DNA of 64,000 bases. Origin: Acutalibacteraceae bacterium (GTDB taxonomy: Bacteria; Bacillota; Clostridia; Oscillospirales; Acutalibacteraceae). This document shows positions 18,332 through 27,962 of the stretch, piece by piece; position 1 is the first letter of the stretch; each line of letters opens with the position of its first letter. Made by a program: the position numbers and the translations under genes. The stretch lies in NCBI GenBank assembly GCA_045537555.1, contig JAZSPR010000050.1:5010-69009 (forward strand), written 5' to 3'. A model generated the notes under the pieces. That model was not told the origin of the DNA. It saw nothing but the letters and a program-made list of their open reading frames with translations, and ran no database searches.

Positions 18332-21300
18332 ATGTCGAAAATCAAAAATTATTCTCGACACATCGTGGTGCTGTTAGTAGCTTTTGCAACAGTATTCACA
18401 TGCCTTTTTGCCTTCACTCCTGAAGCAGATGCAGGCGCAACTAATTACAAGTGGCGAGTTTCTTACCAGCTCGATCAGGGTAATAACAATACCGAATCTT
18501 GTTATGTAAGACTCTATTACAAAACAAACAACGGTACCGGCTCTGAAACTTATGTTCAGATTGAAGGTGACGATATCACTTTCGATAAGGACAAACACGG
18601 CTGGTATTACTGGACATCAGATTCATCAGTCGGTGCACCTTCCAGTGGTGGTTCTTTCAGAAGTTCTCATACACTTCCTGCCGGTGCATTCCCCACTAAA
18701 GTTGATGTTTATGTATATTGTGAAAGCGGTTCACCTGCTTATCAGGAAGTCAGAATCAAGTCCATTAAACTTGAAGTTATGAATCAGAGCGGTTCTGTTG
18801 TTGCTGCATCAGGCACGGCAGACCTTACAGTCCCCAGCAGTAAGGATGCACAGAACAGAACTGCTACTGTTACAATTCCGACAACATCATATCCTTATGT
18901 CACAAACTGGAGCATAAGCGGTCTTCCTTCAACATATGCTTATGTTAACAGAGACGGTTCAAACTACACTGCTACTGCTACTATCACTGCAGAAGACAAC
19001 TACGGTGTAAACTGGGTGAATGCTCCCACAACAACAGGTACAAATGTTACTGTAAATAACGGTTCAACTGCAACTCCTACTGTTGTTTTCGGAAATAAGG
19101 ATACCGACTACAGCGCATCTATCACATCTAAGTGGTCAACAGGGAATTCTTCCCAGTCAACGGTTTCCAAAACATATTCAATTTCAACTGTTTATGTTCC
19201 TCATAAGCTCACAATTGATGCAAACGGCGGTACATACAGTGCAACTAACCCCATTACGGGTAAATACAGTTATGAAACTGCAGAAGTTTCAAATCCCACA
19301 AGAACTGCATATACATTTGATTCCTGGACAATGACTTCAGGCGACGGTGTAATGAACGGAAGTTCATTTACTTTCGGTAAAAATGATTCTGCAATCAAGG
19401 CAAACTGGACTCCTGTACAGTATACAATTGCTCCTGTATATGAAGGTAATTCATATTCTGATGTTGCATATAATATTGAAACAACAAGCATTTCTCTTCC
19501 CACTCCTTCAAGAACAGGTTATACATTTGCAGGCTGGGTAGTTTCAGCTGCAGCCGGTAACTGGACTGTAGGTGAGAGTGTAACAACAAATCCCGCAGGT
19601 AAATACGGTAATATCACCGTTTCACCTTCATGGACTCCCAACAGCTATACACTTAACCTCAATGCAAATAAAGCAGGAGCTTCTGTTTCTCCCGCATCAA
19701 AAACTGTTAAGTACGAAACAGCAATCGGTGACCTTCCCGTTCCTACCGTAACAGCTTACGATTTCATCGGCTGGTTTGATGCATCACAGGGCGGCTCAAA
19801 GGTTACTGCTGATACTGTTTATACAACAGCAGGCAATTCAACAGTCTATGCACAGTGGTCTCCCACCGTATACAAATTCATTATTGATGAAAACGGCGGC
19901 GACACAGCAGCTGACGGTGCATACAATATTGAAGCAGGTGTTATTCCCGAAGGAACAACAAGAACAGGTTACACATTCAGCCATTGGGAAGTAAAAGAAA
20001 GTGTCGGCAACTGGGTTGCAGGTTCAACAGTCAATCCCGGTGCAAGTGCAGTAGGAAAATACGGTGATGTAACTCTCAAGGCTGTTTACACACCCAACAA
20101 CTATACACTTAATCTTGACCTTAATACTCCCGCAGGTGCTGTAACAGAACCTGAATGCGAAAAGAGTTCAATGTCTGTTACATTTGATAATGCAATCGGA
20201 ACTCTTCCCGTACCCACACTTGACGGTTATGATTTCGCAGGTTGGTATACATTATCATCAGGCGGAACTGCAGTAAATGCATCAACAGTTTATAAAACTG
20301 CAAGTGATTCAACAGTTTATGCAACATGGACACCTAAATCCTATACTATTATAATAGATGAAGATGCAGGTGTAGCAGTACCCGACGGTTCATACACAAT
20401 CGAATCAGGTGTTGCTCCCGAAGGTACAACAAGAACAGGTTACACATTCAGCCATTGGAAAGTTAAGGAATCTGTCGGCAACTGGCTTGCAGGTTCAACA
20501 CTCAATCCCGGCGACAGCATGACAGGTAAATACGGTAACGTAGAGCTTATTGCTGTATGGACTGCAAACAAATACACAGTTTCATTTGATCTCAACGATA
20601 CAGAAGGTGTATCAGATGCAACTGCAGACAAGACAACAATTCAGGCAACGTATGATGCATACCTTGATGCAAATGAAACCCTTCCCGTTGCAACAAGACC
20701 CGGTTATAACTTCCTCGGCTGGTTTACTCAGCCCGAAGGCGGCGAAGAAATAACGGAATCTCTTATTTATACCGTAGAGGGCGAATCAACATACTATGCT
20801 CATTGGGAACTTGTTACTTATACTGTTTCATTCAATGTAAATAACGGTAATCCCATGGAACCCATTACATATACGGTTGAAGATGAACTTGTTCTTCCCG
20901 AAGCTGTAAGAGACGGTTATGAATTCATAACATGGCGTTTCCTTCAGGCATCTACAGGTTCATGGGTAAGAAATACAACTTATAAGGGTGACCTCGGCAA
21001 CAAGAACTGGGGTAATGTCACTCTTACTGCTGATTACAAAATTAAAACTTACACAATCACATGGGATATTAACGGCGAAATTGAAACATCAGAACATGAA
21101 TACGGCACATATCCCTCACATGCAGATCCCGCTGTTACAACAGACCCCTATTATGAATATCTGTTCACAGGCTGGACTCCCGATATTGAACTTGTTACAG
21201 GTCCGACAACTTATACAGCCGAATTTGAAAAATTCCCCAAATCATATAATGTAAAATGGGTTGATGAAGACGGCAATACTATTCACAGCGGTCTTCTCGG

Positions 21301-23857
21301 TTACGGTGAAACAATTCCCACAAATGTTGTAGATGCACCTTCAAAGGAAGGTTATACAGTAGAGTGGGATTACAGCGGTCATGTAACAATGCCTGCAGAA
21401 AATATTGTTATCAAGCCTGTTTACACTCCCATTAAATACAAAATCACATGGAATGTTGAGGGAACTGAATTCCATTATGATATGGTTGATTATGATTCAC
21501 TTCCCGTATATTCAGGCTCAACTCCCGTAAAGGCTGCAGACAGTAAATATACTTATACATTTGCAGGCTGGACACCCGAAATCACAGTTGTAAAGGGTGA
21601 AGCAACATACGAAGCAACATTTGATAAGACACCTCAGAATTATACCGTTTACTGGTATGCTGAAGACGGTACTCTTGTCACAAGCTATGTTCTTGCTTAC
21701 GGTTCGGCAATCACAAATATTCCCAAAGTTCCCGAAAAGATCGGTTCTGTAGGTTCATGGGTTGATGTTCCCGAAACAATGCCCGACCACAATGTTGAGA
21801 TTTATCCCGCATACGTAAAGGGTGCTCTCGTTACATGGTATCTTGACGGTACGGCAGACGGTGCTTATTATCAGCAGGGCTTTGAAAACGGAACACAGAT
21901 TGAATATAACAGAAGCAATCCCGAAAAGCCTGCAGATGCTGAGTATACATACACATTTGAAGGCTGGTCAGAAACTCCCGGCGGTGAACTTATTTCGGGT
22001 TACCCCGTAGCAGGTTCAACAGATATCGTTTACTATGCTGTATATTCAAAGACTCCCAATGAATATACAATCACATGGAAAGCTGACGGTAATGTTGTTC
22101 TTGAAGAAACAATTGCTTACGGCTCAGGTATTACAAATGTTCCTGCAGTACCCGATAAGAAGGGTCACACAGGTAAATGGGGAACATTCCCCGCAACAAT
22201 GCCTTCAACAAATGTAACTGTTGAAGCAGTTTATACTCCCAATGATTACACAATCACATGGGTAGTCGGCGATGAGGTTTATCCCACATTATTCACTTAC
22301 GGCACAATGCCCGTATTCACAGGTGTCACTTATAAACCCTCAACAGCAACAACTGATTTCACTTTCACAGGTTGGGATAAAGACATTACTCTTGTTGAAG
22401 GTGACACAACTTATACAGCTCTGTATTCAGAATCTGCAAGAAAGTATACTGTTACATGGCAGTATGAAAACGGTGCAGTAATTGAAACTGACACAGTTGC
22501 AAACGGTGAAGCAATTACTTATATTCCTGTTATTGCAGAAAAAGAAGGTCACGAAGCAAAGTATGAAGTACCCGCTGTAATGCCTACAGAAAACATTACA
22601 ATCACGGTTACATATGAAGCAAAGAGCTACACAATTACATGGAACACACCTGCAGGTCTTATTGAAGAAACATGGAAATACGGCGAAACACCCGTATACG
22701 ATACTGAAAAGTACGGCGTTCCCGAAAAGGCAGCTACTCCCGAAAAGCAGTACACATTCCTTACATGGAGCCCCTCAGTTTCAACAGTTAAGGGTGACAC
22801 AACATACACAGCTATCTTCTCGGAAACAACAAGAAAGTATACGGTTGTATGGTACGTTGACGGTGAATTCTATGAAACAAGAGATATTGCTTACGGTTCT
22901 GTAATTCCCACTCTTCCTGTTCCCGCTAAAGACGGTTATATCGGAAACTGGGATAATGCTTACAGAACAATGCCTGCAAAGGATCTTACAATCAATTCGG
23001 AATACACAGCAAGAAAGTATACTGTTTACTGGAAGGTTGAAGGTCTTACAGTTTACTCTGCATCAGTAAGCTACGGTGATGTGATTCCCGAACAGAAGGT
23101 TCCTGAAAAGCTCGGTTACACAGGTGCATGGGTAAATGTTCCCGAAAAGATGCCTGCTCAGAATATTACAATCACAGCAGAGTATAAGGCAAACGAATAT
23201 AACGTAACATGGCGTGTCAACGGTGTTGATAATCACGATATCGCACAGTACGGCACAGATTATGTGATTACATTCACAGGCGAAACTATTCCCGAGGATG
23301 TAAGAATCACAGTCGGCGGAACAACTCTTGCAGTTGAAAATTATACTTATAACCTTGAAACAGGTGTTCTCACAATCAAGGGTACAGCTATTTTAGGTGA
23401 CATTTTCGTTACAGCAAGAGCTCTCGGCGGTAAGCTTGATGTTGTTATTAACTCAACAAATGCGTCTCTGACAAATCAGAACACAACAATCAATGAAAGA
23501 CAGGCATACCACACTCAGATTATTCCCGAAAAGGGTTACCTTCTTCCTGATTTCGTTGAAATCTATGTTGACGGCAGACTTATAACTGAAGGTTATGTTT
23601 ATAATCCTTCAACCGGCAAGCTCACAATCAATGCCGAAGTTGTTTTAGGTGCTATTGAAATTACATTCGATTGTCCTCCCGATCCTGATTACGATCCTTC
23701 AGCTCCCGAAGAAGATGAATCAGTAAAAAATTGCGGCTGTAATTGCCACAGCAAGAACGCCTTTATTAAGTTCTTCTTTGATTTTGCAACATTCCTTCGT
23801 AAACTCTTCGGAATGGAACAGTATCGCTACTGTGATTGCGGTGCAGCACACTGGTAA
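18332..23857 (+). CDS. Giant secreted surface protein: unknown N-terminal domain, about 17 or more Listeria-Bacteroides (Flg_new) repeats, Cys/His-flanked amphipathic C-terminal tail
   Basis: AAGGGAGG RBS. Signal peptide ..VAFATVFTCLFAFTPEADA. From about aa 290 to 1560 it is made of reiterated units with TGYTF.GW, YG..TL.A.(W/Y)TP..YT(I/V). The C-terminus reads CGCNCHSKNAFIKFFFDFATFLRKLFGMEQYRYCDCGAAHW. Confidence 0.85.
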   Translation: MSKIKNYSRHIVVLLVAFATVFTCLFAFTPEADAGATNYKWRVSYQLDQGNNNTESCYVRLYYKTNNGTGSETYVQIEGDDITFDKDKHGWYYWTSDSSVGAPSSGGSFRSSHTLPAGAFPTKVDVYVYCESGSPAYQEVRIKSIKLEVMNQSGSVVAASGTADLTVPSSKDAQNRTATVTIPTTSYPYVTNWSISGLPSTYAYVNRDGSNYTATATITAEDNYGVNWVNAPTTTGTNVTVNNGSTATPTVVFGNKDTDYSASITSKWSTGNSSQSTVSKTYSISTVYVPHKLTIDANGGTYSATNPITGKYSYETAEVSNPTRTAYTFDSWTMTSGDGVMNGSSFTFGKNDSAIKANWTPVQYTIAPVYEGNSYSDVAYNIETTSISLPTPSRTGYTFAGWVVSAAAGNWTVGESVTTNPAGKYGNITVSPSWTPNSYTLNLNANKAGASVSPASKTVKYETAIGDLPVPTVTAYDFIGWFDASQGGSKVTADTVYTTAGNSTVYAQWSPTVYKFIIDENGGDTAADGAYNIEAGVIPEGTTRTGYTFSHWEVKESVGNWVAGSTVNPGASAVGKYGDVTLKAVYTPNNYTLNLDLNTPAGAVTEPECEKSSMSVTFDNAIGTLPVPTLDGYDFAGWYTLSSGGTAVNASTVYKTASDSTVYATWTPKSYTIIIDEDAGVAVPDGSYTIESGVAPEGTTRTGYTFSHWKVKESVGNWLAGSTLNPGDSMTGKYGNVELIAVWTANKYTVSFDLNDTEGVSDATADKTTIQATYDAYLDANETLPVATRPGYNFLGWFTQPEGGEEITESLIYTVEGESTYYAHWELVTYTVSFNVNNGNPMEPITYTVEDELVLPEAVRDGYEFITWRFLQASTGSWVRNTTYKGDLGNKNWGNVTLTADYKIKTYTITWDINGEIETSEHEYGTYPSHADPAVTTDPYYEYLFTGWTPDIELVTGPTTYTAEFEKFPKSYNVKWVDEDGNTIHSGLLGYGETIPTNVVDAPSKEGYTVEWDYSGHVTMPAENIVIKPVYTPIKYKITWNVEGTEFHYDMVDYDSLPVYSGSTPVKAADSKYTYTFAGWTPEITVVKGEATYEATFDKTPQNYTVYWYAEDGTLVTSYVLAYGSAITNIPKVPEKIGSVGSWVDVPETMPDHNVEIYPAYVKGALVTWYLDGTADGAYYQQGFENGTQIEYNRSNPEKPADAEYTYTFEGWSETPGGELISGYPVAGSTDIVYYAVYSKTPNEYTITWKADGNVVLEETIAYGSGITNVPAVPDKKGHTGKWGTFPATMPSTNVTVEAVYTPNDYTITWVVGDEVYPTLFTYGTMPVFTGVTYKPSTATTDFTFTGWDKDITLVEGDTTYTALYSESARKYTVTWQYENGAVIETDTVANGEAITYIPVIAEKEGHEAKYEVPAVMPTENITITVTYEAKSYTITWNTPAGLIEETWKYGETPVYDTEKYGVPEKAATPEKQYTFLTWSPSVSTVKGDTTYTAIFSETTRKYTVVWYVDGEFYETRDIAYGSVIPTLPVPAKDGYIGNWDNAYRTMPAKDLTINSEYTARKYTVYWKVEGLTVYSASVSYGDVIPEQKVPEKLGYTGAWVNVPEKMPAQNITITAEYKANEYNVTWRVNGVDNHDIAQYGTDYVITFTGETIPEDVRITVGGTTLAVENYTYNLETGVLTIKGTAILGDIFVTARALGGKLDVVINSTNASLTNQNTTINERQAYHTQIIPEKGYLLPDFVEIYVDGRLITEGYVYNPSTGKLTINAEVVLGAIEITFDCPPDPDYDPSAPEEDESVKNCGCNCHSKNAFIKFFFDFATFLRKLFGMEQYRYCDCGAAHW

Positions 23858-23870
23858 TCTTTAAAAATTT

Positions 23871-23899
23871 CTCCCTGACGAAAGTCAGGGAGTTTTTTT
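23871..23899 (+). terminator. Rho-independent terminator
   Basis: CTCCCTGAC-GAAA-GTCAGGGAG followed by TTTTTTT. Confidence 0.85.
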
Positions 23900-24010
23900 G
23901 TAGATAATATACAATTATGACTCTAAAAAATGTATATCTAAAATAAAAAAAAGTGGTGAAAAAGTCAGTTTGATATGATATAATATATAATTGTATAAGG
24001 AGGTCTTCTA

Positions 24011-26521
24011 ATGGACGTTAAAGAAAAAGTTGTCGACACCGTCGGCAAGGTAAAAACTTATTGGAAAACACCCCCTAAAGGTCGTTATATGAACTTCAGG
24101 GAAATTGCTGCATACTCGGGCGGCGGTATCGGTGCTTACATGATTATCACACTCGGTAACGCATGTCTTCTGGCAATGGGTAACACACTTATCTCTTCAA
24201 CACTCGGTGTTGGTGCCACGGATATGTACCTGCTCTATGTTATCGCAATTCTTATCAATATTCCTTTTACAGGAATCCGTGCCACCATTATCGATAACAC
24301 GAGAAATAAAGCCGGTAAATACCGTCCTTACATAGTTACAATGGCTATTCCTACTGCCATTATATGTAACCTTATTGTATGGTTCCCGTATGATAAGTTA
24401 AGCTTAATCGTCGGTAACGGTCAGATATTCGGCAGAGATGCAGACTATGTTGCAAAATGTGCACTCATTCTTGTTCTGAATATCGCACTCAACTTCATTT
24501 ACTATTTCTTCTACGACGGTTATGAAAACCTTATTCATGTTCTTTCACCCAATACGCAGGAAAGAACAGATGTTGCATCAATCAAGAGCGTCGTTTATTC
24601 ATTCGCCCCCACAATTGTTAATCTTTTCACTCCCATTATTGCAAAGAATCTTTTCCATACAAACACAACGGATATCCGTGTTTACAGATTCCTCTATCCC
24701 ATTCTTGCCGTACTCGGTATTCTTCTTTGTATTGTTGTTTACAAATACACGGAAGAAAAGATTGTTCAGGCAAGAACTCACGTTGTGCAGATTAAATTCA
24801 CAGATGCTCTCAGAGCGGTTGCAAAGAATAAGTATTTCTGGATTATATCACTTGCAGGTTGGATAGGATTCCTTGAATCAGCATATTCAAACATTCTCAA
24901 CTGGCTTTACAACTACGGCGGTGCATGCTCAGGTAACGTTTACGGTCTTGTTGTTACCCTTTACGGTAACGCATCTCTCTGGGGTATGATTGCCGCTCCC
25001 TTCTGTATCAGAAAATGGGGTAAAAAATCAGTTCTTGTTGTTACAAACATAATGAATGTTGCATTCATTCTTATGATGCTTCCCTTTACTCAGGAAATGA
25101 ACAACCTCACAATCTGGCTTGTTCTCGGATGCCTTTACCTCAATGCTCTTATGGGCTCTTTTGCACATATTCTCAATCCTGCAATTCAGGCAGACATCCG
25201 TGATTATCAGCAGTATCAGACAGGCGAAAGAATTGACGGTATGTTCTCAGCCGTTGCAACAATCGGTACAATCATCACTCTCGGAACTTCTGCAGTTCTT
25301 CCCGTTATTTATGAAAGAGGCGGAATTACAGCCGAAATGGCTAAGAAAGTAACAGCTGACCCCAATGTTCTCAACCGTGTTCTCGGTGACGGAAAAACTG
25401 TCGGTCAGATTCTTGCAGAACAGCTTGCTGTAGGTCAGGATAACTATGCAAATCCCTATTCTGCACTTTATGATCTTGATATTTTCATTCCTCTTATGCA
25501 TGCTCTTATTATCATCGCCGCTGTCGGTGCTTTTATGAACGTTATTCCTTATTTCTGGTATGACTTCAATGAAAGAAAGCAGCAGTCTGTTGTCCGTGTT
25601 CTTAAGGTTCGTGCAATGTATGAAGACCACGGTAACGGCGCACTCAAGGATGAAGACCTTGTTGAAGGTGTTGATATCATCAGAACATCAAGAGAAATGG
25701 CTCTTGAAACACCTAAGGTTCTTGATAAGAAGTCATATAAGGGCATTTCAGACAAAGAACAGAAAAAGATAGCTAAAAAGGCTTATAATGCTGACAAGCA
25801 GTTCAATGAAGAAATTGAAATTGCAAAATTTGTCTGTGCTGAACTTGATAAATATTCAAATCCCGTTTACTATGCACAGCTTGAACAGAGCCGTAAAGTT
25901 TTCTCTGCAGGTCTCCACGGTCTTCTTGACATGAATATCAATGAAATCAATGCTGAAATCTCAGCTGCAAAGGCAATGTCCAAGACTGATGATGCGGCTA
26001 AGGAAGCTCGTTCAAAGGCTATTGAAATTGCAAAGAACAAGAAGCTTGCTTTCAAGGAAATCAGAAAGAATTTCAGAAATCCCGAAGATTTTGTTCAGCC
26101 TGATTTTGCAGACCTTGAAAAATATTTCGATGAAGAAGACGAATGTGATGAAATCCTCAAGAAGCTTTATCTTGAAAAGGCTGCAGCAAAGAAGTCAAAG
26201 GATAATGTAAGACTCGGCGAGCTCAAAGACGAAATCAAGGCAATTGAGACAAAGCGCAAGCTTGCACGTGACAACAGCAAGAAGGAAATGGATAAGCACG
26301 CAAAGTTCAACCGTGCCGCAAAGCCTTATCTTGATGCTGAAAAGATGGTTCATCAGTACGAAAACTATCAGCACTTTGATGAAATTGCAGTAGATTACGA
26401 AGAAGCAAAGCAGAGAGTTGAGGCAAAGCGTGCCGCAGATGAAGCAGAACGTCTTGCAAAGGAAGCTGAAGAAAAAGCTTTCAGAGAACAGCTCAAGGCT
26501 CAGAAAAAGTCAAAGAAATAA
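24011..26521 (+). CDS. GPH/MFS-type sugar:cation symporter fused to a ~310-aa Lys/Glu-rich helical C-terminal extension
   Basis: AAGGAGG RBS. About 520 aa carry roughly 12 hydrophobic segments and a GPH-like N-terminus (YMNFREIAAYSGGGIGAY). From about aa 520 the sequence is entirely charged and helical (..AKEARSKAIEIAKNKK.. EAKRAADEAERLAKEAEEKAFREQLKAQKKSKK). Confidence 0.7.
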   Translation: MDVKEKVVDTVGKVKTYWKTPPKGRYMNFREIAAYSGGGIGAYMIITLGNACLLAMGNTLISSTLGVGATDMYLLYVIAILINIPFTGIRATIIDNTRNKAGKYRPYIVTMAIPTAIICNLIVWFPYDKLSLIVGNGQIFGRDADYVAKCALILVLNIALNFIYYFFYDGYENLIHVLSPNTQERTDVASIKSVVYSFAPTIVNLFTPIIAKNLFHTNTTDIRVYRFLYPILAVLGILLCIVVYKYTEEKIVQARTHVVQIKFTDALRAVAKNKYFWIISLAGWIGFLESAYSNILNWLYNYGGACSGNVYGLVVTLYGNASLWGMIAAPFCIRKWGKKSVLVVTNIMNVAFILMMLPFTQEMNNLTIWLVLGCLYLNALMGSFAHILNPAIQADIRDYQQYQTGERIDGMFSAVATIGTIITLGTSAVLPVIYERGGITAEMAKKVTADPNVLNRVLGDGKTVGQILAEQLAVGQDNYANPYSALYDLDIFIPLMHALIIIAAVGAFMNVIPYFWYDFNERKQQSVVRVLKVRAMYEDHGNGALKDEDLVEGVDIIRTSREMALETPKVLDKKSYKGISDKEQKKIAKKAYNADKQFNEEIEIAKFVCAELDKYSNPVYYAQLEQSRKVFSAGLHGLLDMNINEINAEISAAKAMSKTDDAAKEARSKAIEIAKNKKLAFKEIRKNFRNPEDFVQPDFADLEKYFDEEDECDEILKKLYLEKAAAKKSKDNVRLGELKDEIKAIETKRKLARDNSKKEMDKHAKFNRAAKPYLDAEKMVHQYENYQHFDEIAVDYEEAKQRVEAKRAADEAERLAKEAEEKAFREQLKAQKKSKK

Positions 26522-26534
26522 TTAAGGTTAAGTT

Positions 26535-27785
26535 ATGGCATACGAAAATCTTTATGAAAATCTTGGTATGATGGCGGAAAAAATAAAGGATGAAAAAGTC
26601 CGTGAAATGTTCCGCAAATGCTATCTTAATACACTTGAAACCACCGTAAAATATGATGACGAGGGCAATGTCTTCGTCATCACGGGTGATATTGAAGCAA
26701 TGTGGCTGCGTGACAGCAGTGTTCAGGTCAGTCATTATGTCAGAGCCGCAAAAGAAGATGAAGATGCAAAAGCTCTTGTCAGAAGTCTTCTCGAAAGACA
26801 GTTCGGGCTTATCTGCCTTGACCCTTACGCCAATGCTTTCAATGAATCGGCGAACGGCAGAGGTCACAACGATGATACAATGAAGCTTGATATCGTCTGG
26901 GAGCGTAAATACGAGATTGATTCTCTCATTTACCCTCTTTGGCTTCTTAACAGATACTACGAAAACACAGGTGATAAGGAAATCTTCGGTGAGAAGTTCA
27001 ATAATGCTTACAAAATAATTCTTGATACTCTCATAACAGAGCAGAACCCGAAGAATTCGGAGTATTATTTCCGCAGAACGTGGGAAGACGGTAAGGATAC
27101 TCTTGATAATAACGGTTACGGCGCCGATTATGCTTACACAGGCATGGTCAGAAGTGCATTCAGACCGAGTGACGACAAGTGTGTTTATCCTTTTCTTGTG
27201 CCCTCTAATATGTTTATTGTCGCAACTCTCAGAAATCTTCACAAAAACCTTTCAGATGCAGATGTTGCAGACCTTTACAAGGCTACTGCAGAGAATCTGT
27301 GTGCAGAAGTCGAAAAGGGCATAAATGACTTTGCTGTTGTTGAAACAGAAAAAGGGAAAGTTTATGCTTATGAGGTTGACGGGCTCGGCAATAAGCTTAT
27401 GATGGACGATGCGAATGTCCCCAGTCTTCTCGCTCTGCCTTATATGGGGTATTGCAGTAAAACAGATGAAATGTATCTGAGTACAAGAAAGTTTGTTTTA
27501 AGCAAATCCAATCCCTATTACTTTGAAGGCACAGCCGCAAAGGGAATCGGAAGTCCTCACACTCCCGAGAATTACATCTGGCACATAGGTCTTCTTATTG
27601 AGGGACTTACAACAGATGACAGGGAAGAGATTGAAAGAATTTACAACACTCTTCTTTCAACAGACGCAGGTACGGGCTTTATGCATGAGGGCTTCAACTG
27701 TGATAATCCTGATGAATTCACAAGAAGCTGGTTTGCCTGGGCGAACACACTTTTTGCAATATTTATGATTGATAAAATACTTTAA
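26535..27785 (+). CDS. GH125 exo-alpha-1,6-mannosidase (DUF1237 family)
   Basis: 416 aa. It has ITGDIEAMWLRDSSVQV, PYANAFN, WERKYEIDSL and W.GLL.EGLT blocks typical of GH125. It begins 13 nt after the transporter gene. Confidence 0.85.
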   Translation: MAYENLYENLGMMAEKIKDEKVREMFRKCYLNTLETTVKYDDEGNVFVITGDIEAMWLRDSSVQVSHYVRAAKEDEDAKALVRSLLERQFGLICLDPYANAFNESANGRGHNDDTMKLDIVWERKYEIDSLIYPLWLLNRYYENTGDKEIFGEKFNNAYKIILDTLITEQNPKNSEYYFRRTWEDGKDTLDNNGYGADYAYTGMVRSAFRPSDDKCVYPFLVPSNMFIVATLRNLHKNLSDADVADLYKATAENLCAEVEKGINDFAVVETEKGKVYAYEVDGLGNKLMMDDANVPSLLALPYMGYCSKTDEMYLSTRKFVLSKSNPYYFEGTAAKGIGSPHTPENYIWHIGLLIEGLTTDDREEIERIYNTLLSTDAGTGFMHEGFNCDNPDEFTRSWFAWANTLFAIFMIDKIL

Positions 27786-27790
27786 AAACA

Positions 27791-27823
27791 ACAGGACAAA
27801 TTCTCCGAATTTGTCCTGTTTTA
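27791..27823 (+). terminator. Rho-independent terminator after GH125
   Basis: 13-bp perfect stem ACAGGACAAATTC / GAATTTGTCCTGT with a 3-nt loop, followed by TTTTATC. Confidence 0.75.
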
Positions 27824-27962
27824 TCAATTCATGTCAAAAAATTAATAAAAATATGTATATGTTGCACAAACATTGCTTAATAAATTATTAACAAATGTCA
27901 ATTGAAAATGGTGTAATAATTTGGTAATATAAAAATGTAAAATATTAAAGGAGGTAATATCC

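Noticed and set aside
18132-18377. 81-aa ORF upstream of and overlapping the giant protein start
   Set aside because: It lies in the AT-rich promoter and leader region and has a low-complexity Ile/Leu/Asn composition. It conflicts with the strong RBS and start of the 1841-aa gene.
26493-27242. 249-aa minus-strand ORF
   Set aside because: It is entirely antisense to the well-supported GH125 gene. It has no RBS and an odd Ile/Phe/Cys-rich composition, as expected for the reverse frame of an AT-moderate gene.
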